From Yuukianura sp. NJ FZ-2021 (lineage: Eukaryota), in NCBI GenBank assembly GCA_046563655.1, contig CM102290.1, forward strand, positions 2,852,001 to 2,916,000: a stretch of DNA of 64,000 bases. Direction: 5' to 3'. Position 1 is the first letter of the stretch. The number at the start of each line of letters is the position of its first letter. Position numbers and translations under genes: made by a program. Below are positions 62,601 through 64,000 of this stretch, in pieces. Below the pieces are notes generated by a model. It did no database searches and was not told the origin of the DNA. It worked only from the letters and a program-made list of their open reading frames with translations.

Positions 62601-64000
62601 CGTTTTCTTTTTTCATAAAAATCGACGAAAGAGAAAGTTCTTAGGTTTCTGGATTTTCAGAAATCCGGTAATCAAAACTGATTACTTATGCTGATTTCAC
62701 TTTTTTTCGATCACGTAAAATATTACAGAAGTCTTGCAATCCAATTTCCATGCTTTCACTTTTAGTGAAAGTTAACTATTGACAAGCGCAAATTTTAAAG
62801 TAATGGAAGCAGAGTGTAATTTTCCCAGCGCACTACAGAGATTTCGGTTTCTCGTTCCGTTGGACATGTTTGAAGATTTCGAATTTTCCCACACATTTTA
62901 AAACCATATCCGCCTAGTCGGTTTGAGTCTTTTGAATGGGCGGAGTTCTGAGAATGTTCCCGCCAGTCTAATCCATTGTTTGGGTTCTGGGTTAGTAGTA
63001 ACTAGGAAAACCTAAAGTTATTACGAAAAGCCTATAGTGGTAGAAAGAGGAACAGACAAGATGGAATTTGGATTCCAGAGATCCCTAATCCATCACTTTC
63101 CCATTACTTAGCATAGAAATGGATCATCTTCTCAGACAGTATGTACTCCATACCACTTCTGTTTTCCTGCGAAAGTACCAGAAAAAAGAGGCGGAGTTTC
63201 CCCGATTTTGTTGTAACATGAATAATGAATTCCATTTTGGTCTTTTGGAGTATCGAGTTTTTGCCACCCGTGAACGGTAATCTGTCTTTTTTCAAAACTC
63301 AAATTCAGTTAGAAAAATTTTTTCTCAACCTAGGTTTTGAAGTTTCGCGTACAAAAAATGTATTTTTTGTTGCTTTTTTTTGTATTGGTTGAAGAAAGGA
63401 AGACCTGATGAGCTGTCCCATATGGTTCTCAATTTTAAAATTATTCTTCAACCATGCAAAAGTAATCAATCGAGGAGGGCTCAACTACCCAAACCCTGCT
63501 GAACATATTCCACCCTACCCCCCACCCCTCGCCCACCACCGAATGTAGTTTTCGTAGCTTAGTTTGGTAAGATGTCGTTCAAATTGGAAAATACTGCCAG
63601 CATAGACCGAGATCACATCATTGGAGAAAGCTTTCTTTGAGGAAGAAGAACGTCGTTTTGGCCCTCTAATCGCTTTCTTCCAACCCAATTCCCATGGAAC
63701 AACAATATTCCAGCTGGGACGACGAACGGAAAACTGAACCTAACTTTTTAAAGCCTCCCGCGCCGCCTTTTTCCCCAACATGGTTACAACCCACTTACTT
63801 CATAAGCCCATGTCACTCACTTACTTTCCGTTTTCGTCCTTTTGTATACTCTACGCTCCAATCCAACATCAAATAAAATTTGGTTTTCGTATAAAATTTG
63901 AAACGAAAACTTCAAAAGGAATAAATAGGGCAGGAGAGAAATGCTGTGGACTGGAAACGGCCCTTTGTCCTGTCATTAGAATGATTCACCTCAAACTCTG

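Noticed and set aside
63104..63295. Possible exon near the window end
   Set aside because: No frame on the minus strand gave a recognisable motif or the KCTD continuation.

Overview
Eukaryotic, AT-rich, gene-dense window with short spliceosomal introns. TTAGG repeats and a SLIMP-like gene point to an arthropod; a compact hexapod such as a springtail is only a guess. Manual splicing of the ORF track gives 12 protein-coding genes: a WH1/CRIB-like (MESR3-type) protein, a putative FANCE-like protein, FAM151/menorin-like, SLIMP, ZNF593, an ARID2/BAP170 homolog that appears to lack its ARID domain, a divergent nanos, Rab3IP/Rabin8, a VGLL4/Tgi-like TDU protein, EXOC1/Sec3, inturned, and the first exon of a KCTD/BTB gene. 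Non-coding structure includes a 59-bp tandem array interrupted, in phase with its own left edge, by a 478-bp TIR element (8-bp TSD); a second foldback element with the same TIR + TTAGG + hairpin layout; a Helitron-like element; a MITE cluster; and a ~226-nt candidate structured RNA. All family calls rest on remembered motifs, not database searches. No CRISPR, rRNA or tRNA was found.
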